64,000 nt of DNA, taken from NCBI RefSeq assembly GCF_001194135.2, contig NC_069003.1, positions 28,357,639-28,421,638 on the forward strand, given 5' to 3'. A program made the translations under genes and the position numbers. Numbering within the stretch: position 1 is the stretch's first letter; each line of letters begins with the position of its first letter. The notes below the pieces were generated by a model. That model saw only the letters and a list, made by a program, of their open reading frames with translations. It was not told where the DNA came from and made no database searches. The DNA is from Octopus bimaculoides (lineage: Eukaryota). Shown in pieces: positions 38,880 through 52,300 of this stretch.

Positions 38880-39090
38880 GACCAATGATGGAATGCATTT
38901 GATCATAAGTCTGGATGATCTCGGCTTAGCATGGAAGCAAACAACAACAACAGCAATATCAACAAAACAACTCCGGCAACAATTGTTTGTCTTTCGCTAT
39001 GATGGTCTACCACAGCCAAAAGAACTTTCATTGATCCTGAAATCTAAACATATTTACTCTACTCAAATGTTCGTCATACCGTGGACCTCA
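38880..39090 (+). mobile_element. Possible CR1/L2-group RT C-terminal remnant
   Basis: IISLDDLGLAWKQ...QQLFVFR...ELSLILKS loosely resembles ISSDLxW...QRLFFLR. Confidence 0.3.
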
Positions 39091-39367
39091 ATTTGCTGAC
39101 ACTTATAAAGAAATACGCTTTTTCCAGAATAACCTTTTGAACAAACGTGACATCCAATCGCAGTCTACATTCCTATATAGGACGTGATTTACATTCAATG
39201 AACGGAAACTGTAAAGCTTATTTTCCGATGGTGACATAACAACGTGATATGTTCAAGCGAAAATACCAAGTAATTACAAATATCAAAGAAGCATACTGAT
39301 AACAGTACGCCCTCTCTGCATCAAAATGAAGAGTTTATAATTAAAACCTTTTGAAAGATTACAAATG

Positions 39368-39560
39368 GCAGACCTCACAATTTCTGATGATCTCCCATGG
39401 CGGCCACATATCTACAACATAAACACAGTTGCTCCTGAAACGCCATTCCTTCTCTGCACTTCTCGAAATTACTTAATTTCTGAACAGCTGTCGATCCTTT
39501 AGAAGGTACAAGTGTGCCTTATGTTATAACAGTGCTTGCACATCTGGGATGGGCCAACAC
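39368..39560 (+). mobile_element. CR1/L2-group RT C-terminal remnant
   Basis: LTISDDLPWRPHIYNI...SEQLSIL*KVQV...HIWDG. Confidence 0.65.
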
Positions 39561-39986
39561 CAACGCAAAAATGCAAACACATACACAAACACGGGCACAT
39601 TCGGGAAGATGTAGAATAACGAACAAAAACAACCCGAAAGAATGGCAAACGTTCACCCACTGCACAGCTACTCACATGTACCATCACAAACCATGGTATG
39701 GTCGCTGGTACACTAACATTCACAATAAACTACAGACAAGCCATATATATATATATGAAGTGATTGTCAGTACATAAAGATTTCTATTATTTCTTGCTTT
39801 CCACTTCTTAGAAGAAGTCAGAAGTGGAGCTAATCAGGAACATTGTCACAGGAATATGATGACCCCGATGAAGCAATTGATCAATCATAATTGAAGATAA
39901 AGATGATGTCGTCTGCAGATAATCTACCTCAGAGAAAGTTGTCCAATCATTGTCTAACTTTTACTTAATACATGCTGTTCTTTCAG

Positions 39987-40177
39987 CAATGAAAAAAAGG
40001 AAGATTGAAAAGAGTTTTGCTGCATTTAATAATGACAGCTTGAAACGATTTGTCGATTTCGACTGCAAAAAATGTGAAATTAGCATCGACGCTGCGACGA
40101 TGTTGGAAATTAATTCTCTTGATGTAGAATCACTTACTACTGCACTGGCACCTGAAAAATTGTCATCACAGCCCACA
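39987..40177 (+). CDS. Candidate internal coding exon, unknown gene
   Basis: Acceptor CTTAAT..TGTTCTTTCAG, 63 open codons (MKKRKIEKSFAAFNNDSLKRFVDFDCKKC...), possible donor GTGAAT at 40178; no homology recognised. Confidence 0.25.
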
Positions 40178-41959
40178 GTGAATATAATATATATTTTAAA
40201 TAACAAAAATATATTCCACTGCGTTAGACATGTTTATTTAGAAAGTTAAAGAAAAGAATAAGAATAATATCCACCCTGTTCCAAAATTAACTCACGCTAC
40301 AATGATTATAAACATTACGTTGCAAAATATTACCTACATGCTATGTGGACTGCCACATTCTGTTGGCATATAAACATTATCATTTTGCTGAAGTTTCCCC
40401 TCAAATCAGTTCTGGAAGAGCAAAACTAAGTAATTGTATGGAGTTCCCACTGTGACGTGTGTATGTATGTATATANNNNNNNNNNNNNNNNNNNNNNNNN
40501 NNNNNNNNNNNNNNNNNNNNNNNNNNNNNNNNNNNNNNNNNNNNNNNNNNNNNNNNNNNNNNNNNNNNNNNNNNNNNNNNNNNNNNNNNNNNNNNNNNNN
40601 NNNNNNNNNNNNNNNNNNNNNNNNNNNNNNNNNNNNNNNNNNNNNNNNNNNNNNNNNNNNNNNNNNNNNNNNNNNNNNNNNNNNNNNNNNNNNNNNNNNN
40701 NNNNNNNNNNNNNNNNNNNNNNNNNNNNNNNNNNNNNNNNNNNNNNNNNNNNNNNNNNNNNNNNNNNNNNNNNNNNNNNNNNNNNNNNNNNNNNNNNNNN
40801 NNNNNNNNNNNNNNNNNNNNNNNNNNNNNNNNNNNNNATATATGTATCCCCTTGCATGTAAAGTAAATTACGTTATTTTACGTCTATTGTAGATCATTGA
40901 GTCCTTTGTATCTTATACATCATTGTATGGTGCGGTTTGACTTTGCCTTTCATCATTTCTTGGTAGATAAAATAAGCATCCGTTAAGCACTGGGGTCGAT
41001 ATAATCGATTAGCCATCTTGCCCCAAATTTCAGGCCTTGTGCGTATAGTAAAAAGAAGGTATATATATGAGTGCGTCTGTATTTGTAAACATACATGTGC
41101 AAATTTCTATAATCATTTTTATGTGCACTTCGCAAAGTCCACATTGAATGTTAATTGAATGTTAATTGAAATCCTACCCTATTATATGCGTTATCTCTGA
41201 AAATAACTCATTCTTGTTATATGTATCTGGTGTCGTCAGCACAAATATGTTTTCTGAGAACCTCAGAAAATGGTTATGAGTAAACTCAATTGTTTTGTTT
41301 GCTTTATTGGGTTAAAATGTTGCTTGACTACAAGTTATATGTTTCTTTTCAAGGACTTTCACTATTGTTCAGATAATGAATAATCAAGTTTATATTTTTA
41401 CAACATTTATTTTTAAATTAAATTAAGTGTAATATATATGTCATCCTACGTAAACTTATTTGAGGCTCATTGTAAAAGGGTGTCTGGGCCACAAAATTAG
41501 ATAACGAAAGTTTACGTGTTCGCCTGTGTATAACTCTTTCACTCTACTTAATGACGTCACTATCAGCTATGAATAATTTCAAATTTCAATTTCACTCTGT
41601 TTTCCTGTTGTATTATTTCATGATATGTAAGATATATATGATGGTATATAAGACGCCCGTTTCTCCCCCAAAATGTTACCGTCCTATATGAGAAGCTTTC
41701 CCACCCCACCAAGTTTTAATGCACTGAAATCTTTTTTCCCTGAATATGGGCTACTGAATTGGACTGTGTCTAATATACTAATATATGGTATATTGGCACT
41801 CTGAATCTTATGTTCGGGTCTGGGATATGAAGCAGCTGTGTATAAAATTTTAAAGAAATCGGATGAAAGATGTAGAAGTTATTGAGGTACATAACATTTT
41901 TGTACAAACACATACAGGAAATTTCAATTTTGTAGATACTAGATATATATGTGTGTGAG

Positions 41960-42150
41960 TGCGTGTGTGTTTGTGTATGTATTTGTCCTCCACCACAGTT
42001 TGACAAACGGTGTTGGCGTGCTTACGTCCCCGTGACTTAGTGGCTCAGCAAAAAGGATATATAGATATTATAAGTACCAGGCTTAAAAGGCATAAGCACT
42101 ACACGTGATTCATTCGATTAAACTTTATTGAAGGTGATGCTCCAGCATGG
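41960..42150 (+). mobile_element. SINE family A 3' half
   Basis: TTTGTCC..TTGACAAACGG..TTACGTCCCCGTGACTTAG..GCTCCAGCATGGCC. Confidence 0.75.
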
Positions 42151-43460
42151 CCGCATAAAAGTAACTAAATAGAAAATAACATGAGTGAAGGGAGTTGTAT
42201 AGCTACCCGCCAAAAAGCACAAACAAAACTGACAGAAACAGGACAGTATGTACTGTATAATTCATAGGAAAGGTTGATACCTGAGAGTAATCCAAAGATA
42301 GAAAAATGAAAATAACGCCGCAACCCAACTTAACCTTGAGCTACTTGAGCTCCATCTGGGAATTTAATTTAGGCAGTACTTTTAATAATGTACATGAACT
42401 TCCAAATTACTTTCATACGATTGTGTGTGTCTTAAATGTAATGCGTGTGTTTATTCATAATGTACAGTTAAAACGACCGTAAATCGTCACTGAAACATTA
42501 TTTTAAAGGATGTTATAAGTACTATCGCTGAAGTTCAATTCTTTCTTTCTTTCCCCACTTTTTCTCAAGGACAAGTATTGGTTCATGCACCAAATCTCCT
42601 CCCTGACGAGGGCATTCGTAGCATGATAATCCCAGTCTGTAATTTTCACTTGTTAACTAATTATTAATTATGGACAAAAACAATGCAACTGGTCGATTCA
42701 TTTTCATTTGTTGTTTATGTTATTAAACATTTTAGGCTAGGGTAAAGAAAAGGGCACCCACGAAAAAAAACAAAACAAAAAAAAAAAAACAAGACCAACA
42801 CGAAAAGAAATAAATCAAGGGAAAAAAACATACAAATTTACATTTTCAAAGACTTCCTTTTTGCCTCTGCCGTTCTAGTCGAGAAGGAAAGTGAATATCA
42901 TTATAACTACACAGTGCTGTTCATATTTCATTTACTCTGTTGATCAGCATTGTGTGAAATTCTACTTACGCAAACGTAGAGAAATGGATATCTTTAACTT
43001 TCTTTGTGTGCTTAGGTTTATTCTTATTTCACATTCTCTGTTTTTAATATTCTTTTAGACCTTATTTTTAGTGGGAAATTTATGGTACGTGTCACAACTG
43101 GTAGCTGGTGGCGGCGGTGATTCGATACATGATCTAAAGTATTTAATGATTTCTTAAAATGCTGTGTAAGGTTAAAGGAATAACCATCCTCCACGTATTC
43201 AACAGATTCCAGAGACAGAATCCTCGTTTCTAGTTACCTCTGTTTTTCATATAATTAGCCTGTTTATCACAATTTCTCGTGGAACCATAAGCAATCTCTC
43301 GCAGAACTCAAGACTTGCCGATAGGGAGACACTACTCTACTGTCTTAAAAATAGCTTACATTGGATAACAGGTTAGGTTGCGTAATGTATTTGAGGACAT
43401 ATCTTTTTTTGGTGATTGCTGCAGTTTTTGCTGTCTCTGTATAATATTTTTTTCCAGAAA

Positions 43461-43980
43461 ATGATGGCAGACCCTCAGCTTACTCAAGAAAGGAACAGGC
43501 ATGTTGTTATTGTCGTTATAAAGACTAAGCATAGTGATTTAGAAATATCTTGATTTTTAAAAGTTGTCAGTTCTTTCGTCTACAAGGTTCGTAAGGAGTT
43601 AGAGACTGAAAATGGAAACGTATCACCAGTATCAAAGAATAAAAAGCATTTTAAACGCTCTGAAATCATCAGAATACCTGAATTTATCCAGAAAGTTCAA
43701 CAGACGATTGATGACAATCTCAGAAAGTCCATGATATCAATTGCCAAAGATCTCCAAGTGTCAGAAGGAACAGTCAGAGATGTTGTCCACGAAGACATCA
43801 GATATAACTTTTATATGATAAGAAAAGGTCAATTCATGTCAGAAAAAGCAAAACAAAATCACTACAGCACATCTAAAAGGCTCTTAAACAAACTGAAAAA
43901 TCCAGCAGAAGATTTGATTTGGTTTTTCTAAAACGAGAATAACTTCGACCAAGATCAAAAAGTTAAGAAGAAATGGCAGA
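43461..43980 (+). mobile_element. DD37D/maT-like transposase 5' half (HTH region to first catalytic D region)
   Basis: MMADPQLTQE...KSMISIAKDLQVSEGTVRDVVHEDIRY...LLNKLK...WFF*NENNFDQDQK (cf. FFSDEKNF); two in-frame stops. Confidence 0.85.
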
Positions 43981-44306
43981 TTGGCAAAATAACATAGTCT
44001 GCCATAGACACCTGTGCTTTGGTTCTTTCTTTCTTTTTCTTTTCTTCCTTTTTTTGTCACTTTTGCTATGAATTAAATTAATGAATTCAACGGGATACAC
44101 CGTCTGCAAATAGTTGGGTTCAGCATATTATCCTCCATTTTCTAATTGTTACACAAATTTTGGGTAAAACCTCCACTTTTACCCGCTCCCATTGATTGCA
44201 CCTAGTATAACACTAGTGTAGCAATAATTGGGTACCCTCCCAGCAGTATACTGAATAGATACTATCCCTTAGTGGGTTGAACCCCCAACCCCTAACTCTC
44301 TCACGT

Positions 44307-44339
<33 letters not shown>

Positions 44340-44761
44340 ATAGGTTCTGCTAGATGCGTTGTAGTTCGCTTGGTATGTAGAGATGTTTATATTCATATTT
44401 TCTGGTTATGTTGCACTGATGATTGGAGAGCATTTTATACGTGCTGACCATTAATGATGTGCGACTAAACCAATTATTTAAAAGGAACTTCTATGATGAT
44501 TCCGTCGCTTTCGGTGCCTGTGTATATTTATTGAAGTAGTTTGACTTTAGAGTTCTATTACAGCGTGTGGCGTTACTTATAGTAATAGTCCTTTATATAA
44601 TTAATGTATTTTATATTTAAAGAAAAAGATTATATACTTTATATTATTTTTTTCCTAAAGTTGTTTTCCACGCTGGCTACTTAATAAATCTTTAGACTTT
44701 ATCCTTACAGTTTACACACACACACACACACTTATATTTATGCATAGACATATGAGCGTGC

Positions 44762-44796
<35 letters not shown>

Positions 44797-45021
44797 TAAA
44801 TTACACGGTAGCAAAAAAAATTTTTTTAGAAATTTTATTTTCCACCAGTGGTCTAGCGAGAGTAAAAAACAGTCAATAGACTATGTATTATTCATTTAAA
44901 ATGCAGAGATGCCTATAATAGGACATCTAACCCGCTAAAAATAGCAGCAAAATACTACATACCACAAAGTTAGGGATAATTTCGAAAGGGAATGAAAAAT
45001 AAAAACATTTACCAATCTATA

Positions 45022-45084
45022 TTCTGTACCATGGTTTCAAGTCAAAACTATATATCTTACAAGGTCGGACTATCATCAGCAGAA
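45022..45084 (-). ncRNA. Type I hammerhead ribozyme with intact canonical core
   Basis: Minus: TTCTG-CTGATGA-T-AGTC[24 nt]GACT-T-GAAAC-CATG-GTA^CAGAA; 5-bp stem I, 4-bp stem II, palindromic ACCATGGT stem III. Confidence 0.8.
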
Positions 45085-47029
45085 AATGACCAGGCAATAT
45101 ATGAAGCACGAGTCAATAACGGAGCATGGTTCGTGTTTCTATACCTAATTTTTCAAAATTAAATAAATTTTTATTATATTTATTTTATGATATTTACTTT
45201 ACTTTATATTATACTCATTTATTGTGCTTTTAATTATTAATTTTTCTATATGTGATAGTGGATTTTCATCGATGAGTTCTTGAAAATTGGTTATTTTCCC
45301 TAAAACTATATATTTTATATATATATATATATATAACAGGGATATCATGAACTGTAAAGATATTTATTCAAATTTTTTCAGTTCAACAATGTTACTAGGC
45401 TTACTCTTCACGATAAACTAACAGTAAAGGAAATATATGAAGTAAAAGAAAATAAAGGAAAAGCGGCAACAAATATAAACAATATTTCATTCTGTGTCAT
45501 CTTAAAATATTTTACAAATTCTTTTTAATCTTTTCATCTAACAAATAAACCCAACATTTCTCTGTCTAGCAAATATTTGCTTCTGAAATTTTTATATCTT
45601 TTTTACTTATCTCATCAGTAATTTTCAGCAGGAAATTAAAATGTTTGATGAAGAAAATGTTTTTTACCCTTTTACTGTTGTTTTCTTAGAAATTATCCTC
45701 TGCAAATTTTAGACATTCTTCCAGAGAGATGTTATTGTTGTTGTGTACACCCACCAGGTCTGCCCTGATCGGGCTTATCTACAATGAAAGGCATTCCACT
45801 CATGCCTATCCTGTTTTTTTTCTTCCAAGTGTAGTTTATCCAGAATTCTCTTATTCAATGTATTTATCTTGTTTTAAGATAGTAGGTAATGCATTTCAGA
45901 AGAACTTGGCGGCTATTTCTAACAGACCAAGATACCATTTAGAGCCTGTATTACAGAGATGTTAAACAACAACAGAAATAGTAAGAACAACAACAGCAGC
46001 AACAACCGCAACAATTTTGAACTATGCTTACATTTTGTTAAACTTGTACTGCTAAGCTATGTAAGACGACAACCTGGTGGAACCATTAGCCTTTCGGACA
46101 AAATGTGTTAACGCCAATTCCCTGGCTTTATAATTAAAGTACAAATTCCACCTTAATCGACTTTACTTTTCATTCTTTCGAGGTCGATGAAACAAATATC
46201 AAGTATTTTCCAGAATAGTTTTTGTTACTTTACTTTTTTGCATGGCAAATCGTAAACAATAACATTGTTGATAACAGGTTTACAACAAACCAAGCCCTAG
46301 CTCACTACAATTTTTGACAGCCAGTGGCGAGGGAGTATCTCAAACTTAGTATAGAACAGATATCAAAAGGGACCTAGTTTAAAAAACACGTAGTTTGAAA
46401 TTACAGAGTTAAAAGCCGCCGATATACATTAGTAAAAGTTGTACATATTCACACATAATTACAAAGTAAGCTGAGGGAAATAACTTACGTGGGTCAATAG
46501 CATGAGTTTAGATGTAGCTGTTATGCAAATTTCTACTTGTGACCTTTATTTTTCAGTAAACTAAAGATCTAAGCAGTTTTCAAAAGACTGCTCTTTACTG
46601 ATGAGGTGCAATGATTCTTTCTAATTTTGGAAAAAGTGCAGCAATTCTAAGGGGGAGGGTAAATCTATAATATCGAACCCAGTGTTCATATGGTAACTAT
46701 TTTATCTATCACGAAAGGATTGGCGAAATCGAAAAAATAATGTCTGTGTTTGTCCAACTACCACCACTTGACAGCGGATCGGCAAAAGGAATTGATAAAA
46801 TAAGTATCAGACTTTAAAAAAATGTACTGGGATCGATTCATTCTTCAAGTCAGTGTCTCAGTATGGCCGCAAACAAGTAAAAGATTACTTGGTATTTATT
46901 ACAAAGATTGCATTTTGTTTCAAATTGTATTTGTTATTTTTTTACTGGTCTCAGTTATGGTACTGCGGATATGTTGGGACACAAAAGTACCAGAAACATT
47001 ATAGTCAAGTTCAATATATTTTTCTTAAG

Positions 47030-47248
47030 TTGGCGATGTATTAATATCGATCTCAAATTTTGGCACAAGGCCAGCAATTTCAGAGAAGTGGGTAAGTCGA
47101 TGACATCAACTCCAGTACTCAACAAGTACTTATTTTTACAACTCCAAAAGGATGAAAAACAAAGTCGATCGCGGCGGTATTAAAGACGGACGAAATGTCG
47201 CTAAGCATTTTGCCCGGCATGCTAATAAGTCTACCAGCTCACCACTTT
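47030..47248 (-). mobile_element. SINE family B
   Basis: Colinear with 17742-17978. Confidence 0.8.
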
Positions 47249-48031
47249 TGATAATGACTATGTATTCATATCGGATTGCAAATGGAACGCACAATTGAAT
47301 GTATAGGATATGTTAAAACGAAATATACGACAATTATTAATTAAATACTAATTCCAACAAATATTATAGCGAAAGTCAGTTTTGTAAAAATTCAATTATA
47401 CACGAAGGAAGTTTATTTGAAGCGATGTTTCCGGCTTATATTGTACTTCATCGTCTCTCTTTTGACCCTGTATAGTCTTTCTTTGACGTTAGCATATGTC
47501 TAATTTCCTCAAAATTGTTTTAAGTGATTATAAAAACCAGTGAATTCATAAATACTGACTGTTAAAAAAGAAAATAATAAAATACTAAAATAATTAAATA
47601 AATGATATACTGCAAACAGCAGCAATTTAAAAAAAAATAATTCAATAATTTAAGGTTAACTCCTATAAGACTTACAATTATTGTTATAAAGTGATGTGGA
47701 ATTGATTAAACCGGAGCCCGCTGGTTTTCTTATAACATTTGTTTCCTAGATGAAAGTTTCAAGCAATATCTGTGGAACGAATACGCTTCGACGTTTCTCA
47801 GAATCGTGTTTGAACAAACATTTGCAAATAGGCATATACAACCATATGTTTAATTTAATAAGGTGCGAGAGAATGCACTGAACATATTTAATTAGATTTA
47901 GATACTTTATGATAGGGCTTTTTAACTTTCGAGCCAGTAATTTATTTAGAGGAGATTGCGTTACTCCTGCAATTATCTAATTGTTTCAAAGCTATTTTCG
48001 TCTCTCTCTCTCCCTCTCTCTCTACCCCTAC

Positions 48032-48080
<49 letters not shown>

Positions 48081-48356
48081 ACACGCACACACATATATAA
48101 GTTATATTTAAAATAAAAATGAAGGCTTAGAGAGGAGGCATTTAAATACAGTATCCAAAACTTGTTTTGGGTAAGTGCCTGCGGAGCACGTTTACCACAT
48201 ATGGCTCGAATGCGTCATCCGCGGTACTGCGCTTTCGTCGCTGGATTTACTTAAGGAATTCCTAGGTGCACGTCGAGTATATTCTAAATGGTTGATACGG
48301 AAGAGGGAGTGTAAATAAAACTTCTAGTTACACCCGTCTTCCGTATCAGTCATATA

Positions 48357-48430
48357 CAGGCATGCCCCGACTTAAGTCGTTTCAACTTAAGTCGTTCTCG
48401 ATTATACGTCACTTTTCAAAAAATAATATA
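48357..48430 (+). mobile_element. pogo/Tigger-like left terminus
   Basis: TA followed by CAGGCATGCCCCGACTTAAGTCG; no right TIR located. Confidence 0.45.
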
Positions 48431-48669
48431 TGGAAAAATAAAAATCAAGTTAAGTTATTTTACTCGACTTTACGTCTGTCCGCCACAGATACTGGAATCG
48501 TAAAATCACTAGAATACTGTTAAAAACACAAAATCATGTTACTGTATAATAAATAATAATAAAATCATATACAATCATATTAAAATACGTACAGTAAATG
48601 TTAAGATACACACCATAAAGTAGTGTAGCGTAGTGAACGAAATCATGGAATAAGCTGTGTTGACATATA

Positions 48670-48720
48670 CGAAGGTGAGTCACAAAGTAATGCCATTTTG
48701 TTTAGGACAGGTATAATTAC
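48670..48720 (+). mobile_element. mariner-like TIR fragment
   Basis: TA followed by CGAAGGTGAGTCACAAAGTAATGCC. Confidence 0.5.
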
Positions 48721-48789
48721 CAACATATGATTTCTGTTAATCATATGTTTGCCTGTGTTGTGTTTTCTCTCCAGTGGGGGCGAAAATTA

Positions 48790-49730
48790 CAGTGAACATG
48801 GAGGGCTGCCGGGAGCTACACCTCAGTAGCGGGCCGCGATAATATTGTTGCGATTGTGAAACAGCTGGAAGTCAGAGAGGTGACTGTAGACTTCGAGACA
48901 GTGAAGAGCAGTAAAACATTGTTACAAAGAGAAGGGTCCAAATTGAAATTGAAGTTGCCAGAAGAAGTAACAAGAAACAAGAATGCGAAAACAGTGATCT
49001 ACAGAACCCTCTCATTAGCAACCAAGAAAATTGAAATGGTGAAAGAGGGAGAGTTGGAAGAATGCTTAAAAGAAATAAGCAATATAGAATTCTACTGTAG
49101 AGGAAGGAATTTTGGCTCAGTGGAGGTGTGATTCCCAATTGTGGAGGTGTGATTCCCAACTGTGGAAGAGGTAACAAAGCACTTCACTGTGACACTGAAA
49201 TCGTAAAAATGGGAACTGCTGCCAACTTATCTCGGAAACCGAGTTGCAAGAGTGAGAATTAGCAGGATGCCCCCACAGATCACCGAGATATGGCTGTTAG
49301 CAGCTATCCTAATGGACACCAAAGATGACCCTCAAGTGCTACAGGTAAGCAGGAATAAACAGCTGAATTGGTAGGGATATGGCCTAGAAGTCATAATTCA
49401 GGACACCACACGGGACCTACAAGAGATTACGGAGGAAATTAAGCTGCTAGAGGATGTGAGGCAACGTGTGGTAGTGGAGGGAAGACCTACCACATGCTGC
49501 CAGTGCAGAGAGAAGCGCCATATTAAGGCAAATTGCCCCCTTCTCGATAACCAAACATTAATGGAGGTGAGACAAGAGGGAAGCAGTAGCAACGAGAAGC
49601 TGAAGGAAGGCACAGAGGAGGGAGACATGGATGAAATACATCAAACACAGAACAGGAAGAGGAAAGACATCAAGAACTCCCCACTCCCAAAGAACGCTGA
49701 AAAAATGAAAAAAGAAAGAACTGAGTGACA
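48790..49730 (+). mobile_element. LINE ORF1 (gag-like) remnant with CCHC zinc knuckle
   Basis: CCQCREKRHIKANC fits C-x2-C-x4-H-x4-C, preceded by VVVEGRP; in-frame stops; no ORF2 follows. Confidence 0.7.
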
Positions 49731-50017
49731 CACAAACGCCCACACAGCAACAAACACACAAGAATATTGCAGACAACCCAGAATCCCCAACCAAATATAC
49801 ACCACTACGTACACACAGTCCAGTAACTCCAATAAAATATTCACAAGCACCCACAGACACTTCAGAGAGGTATACACGAACAAATTCTGACACTACAGAT
49901 TCACTAATTGAACACACACAAGCAGACACACAAGAAACACAGAAGAATTATAAATACAGAGCATATATAACACACTATTGGACGAATGCGTCCATCGAAG
50001 AAAAAACCCGGGAAGAT

Positions 50018-50019
<2 letters not shown>

Positions 50020-50103
<84 letters not shown>
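50020..50103. repeat. (GA)n microsatellite
   Basis: Directly visible. Confidence 0.97.
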
Positions 50104-50107
<4 letters not shown>

Positions 50108-51169
50108 GTCAATCAACACTCCTATAAAACCATACAATCTCTTAAGTCTGACAAAGCCAGCACTATGTCCAAAATTCATAATGACCATCTGATAGGGCAT
50201 GTCAACGCTTTCCACCCCGTATTGAAGCAGTCACTGATGTTAATGACGGATTCATTGAATAGGTATGATAAAAGGACTCTCAAGATTATTTATACCAATT
50301 TATTTTCAAATACAGCTTTAATTTGATGAGCTATGCATCTTTATCTAAATTCAAACAATGACCTAAAAAAAAAAAACACATAAAACTAAAGCACCCTTTT
50401 GTTGAGGAATGTCATCTTTGAAACTGACTTTTGTTGAGATATGTAAATTTTATCGAGGTAACGCATCTTGCAGAAATTACCAATTCTATATTTTGTTAGA
50501 TATTTAACATAATTTCTGGTATAACCATAAAATTTAATTTTACAGTTGAAGGGTTCAGAAAATGCTTCTTCCTAACATTGTGATTATATCAAGAAATCAA
50601 TCTGTTGTTCTGTTTGGCATTACTATCAAGCCATGTAGTGTATTTAATTGGGTGTACTCTACTGTAAGCATTCGAAACAGATACGTCTCCAGTCTGAAGA
50701 TAACTGATTCCCTTCCTCCTATTATTCACTGAAGCCCTGTAAAAGATAATAGGCGTTACATATCATCCTCTGAATAATATGTAAAATGTTTTCTTCAAAA
50801 AAATGAACTCATTCACATTCTTTGTTTTCTACATATCTGATCGTGTCGTTGTTTCTATGGTTACCCTTAATAATACGGTTGCTGTGCACATATATCTTAT
50901 CTTTTGTTCCGATATTAACAAATAATAAGGCACATCACACACCACCCACACACTCATTTCTCTCTCTCTCTCTCTCTNNNNNNNNNNTATATATATATAT
51001 ATATATATTTATATTTAAATATACACATAAATATAAACATCATCACATACATGTACATACACTCAGATTCACATACATACACCCCCCCGCACAAACACCG
51101 TATCACACTGTCACATACATATATATATGCATACATATACACACACACACACACATATATATATATATG

Positions 51170-51217
<48 letters not shown>

Positions 51218-51255
51218 AAAGTAATTACAACAGCAAAGGAATAAACAGGTATATA

Positions 51256-51409
51256 CTTCATTAGTTTGCAGCTGTTTCAGCTATAGGATGCCGCAATGCA
51301 CTCTTAGTTGAATGCTTGAGTATTCTCCCTCTAGCTTCATCGGAGCCGATGAATCTATGAGTATGAGTGCATTACACCCTGTAGCAGAAACAGCTGTAAG
51401 CTGATGAAG
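51256..51409. ncRNA. Head-to-head inverted pair of hammerhead-bearing units (CCGAUGA core)
   Basis: Both strands read CCGATGA...GAAAC-AGCT-G(T/C)A; minus copy has stem II AGCTAGAGG/CCTATAGCT (8 of 9 bp); about 46-bp outer inverted arms. Confidence 0.6.
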
Positions 51410-52253
51410 TTCATATCATGGTTATTTATACTTTTGTCATTCTGATTTCTTATTACTTCTACCGTACTCGATTGATGCTTTGCTCTGAAGTAGATGTATT
51501 TTGAGATCTAACACCAGGTTATTAATATCGCTATCCTTAATCGAAATATCAGCACCCCCAAAAAAATTCTTAATTAAACATACATCCAAATTCAAAAGCT
51601 CTAGCACACACATACATGTACATATACAAACACACGTTCACATACATACACACAGCTACGCAGATTTATTCTTGCGCATCCAAACACAGCGACCAAGCTG
51701 ATATCTAATAATCTTGTAATATATATTTTTCATCAGCTTCGTTATATATACCGGTAGAAATAAATATTTTACTGTATCTATTTTATTAATAAAACATGTG
51801 TGGTTATGAAGCTAGTTTTCCAGGCACGTAGTTTTGGGTCCAATCCTACTGCATGGGCCTCTTGGAGAAGTGTCAGGGGGGGGGTGTGGATGTTGCCCTG
51901 ACCGCGAAGCCAGCGGGGTGGCTTCATTCAAAAGATACAACAATGCAAAGCAGCGCATTGTGATCAGTGGTGTATAACAAATCCAATTGCTTGGTCGATA
52001 TAGTGATACTGTGACAAGTAGCATTTGAAATAGGAAATGTTCACTGTCACCGGTAAACGGCAAAGTGAAGAGATAAAAATGGCAGAGAAAATGAAAAAAA
52101 ATTTATGTAGATAGCATTTAGGTTTATTAAAAGTTTCTGATAGTAATTAACAATGTCCCTACTTCAGTGGCACTTCATTCTTTTTCTTATATTTTAAAAA
52201 TAAATCTGTACTTTTAGCAGAAATGAACATGAAGCAATTCATAGCAATACATG

Positions 52254-52300
<47 letters not shown>

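Noticed and set aside
42603-42640. CTGACGAGGGC
   Set aside because: No GAAA or stem III downstream
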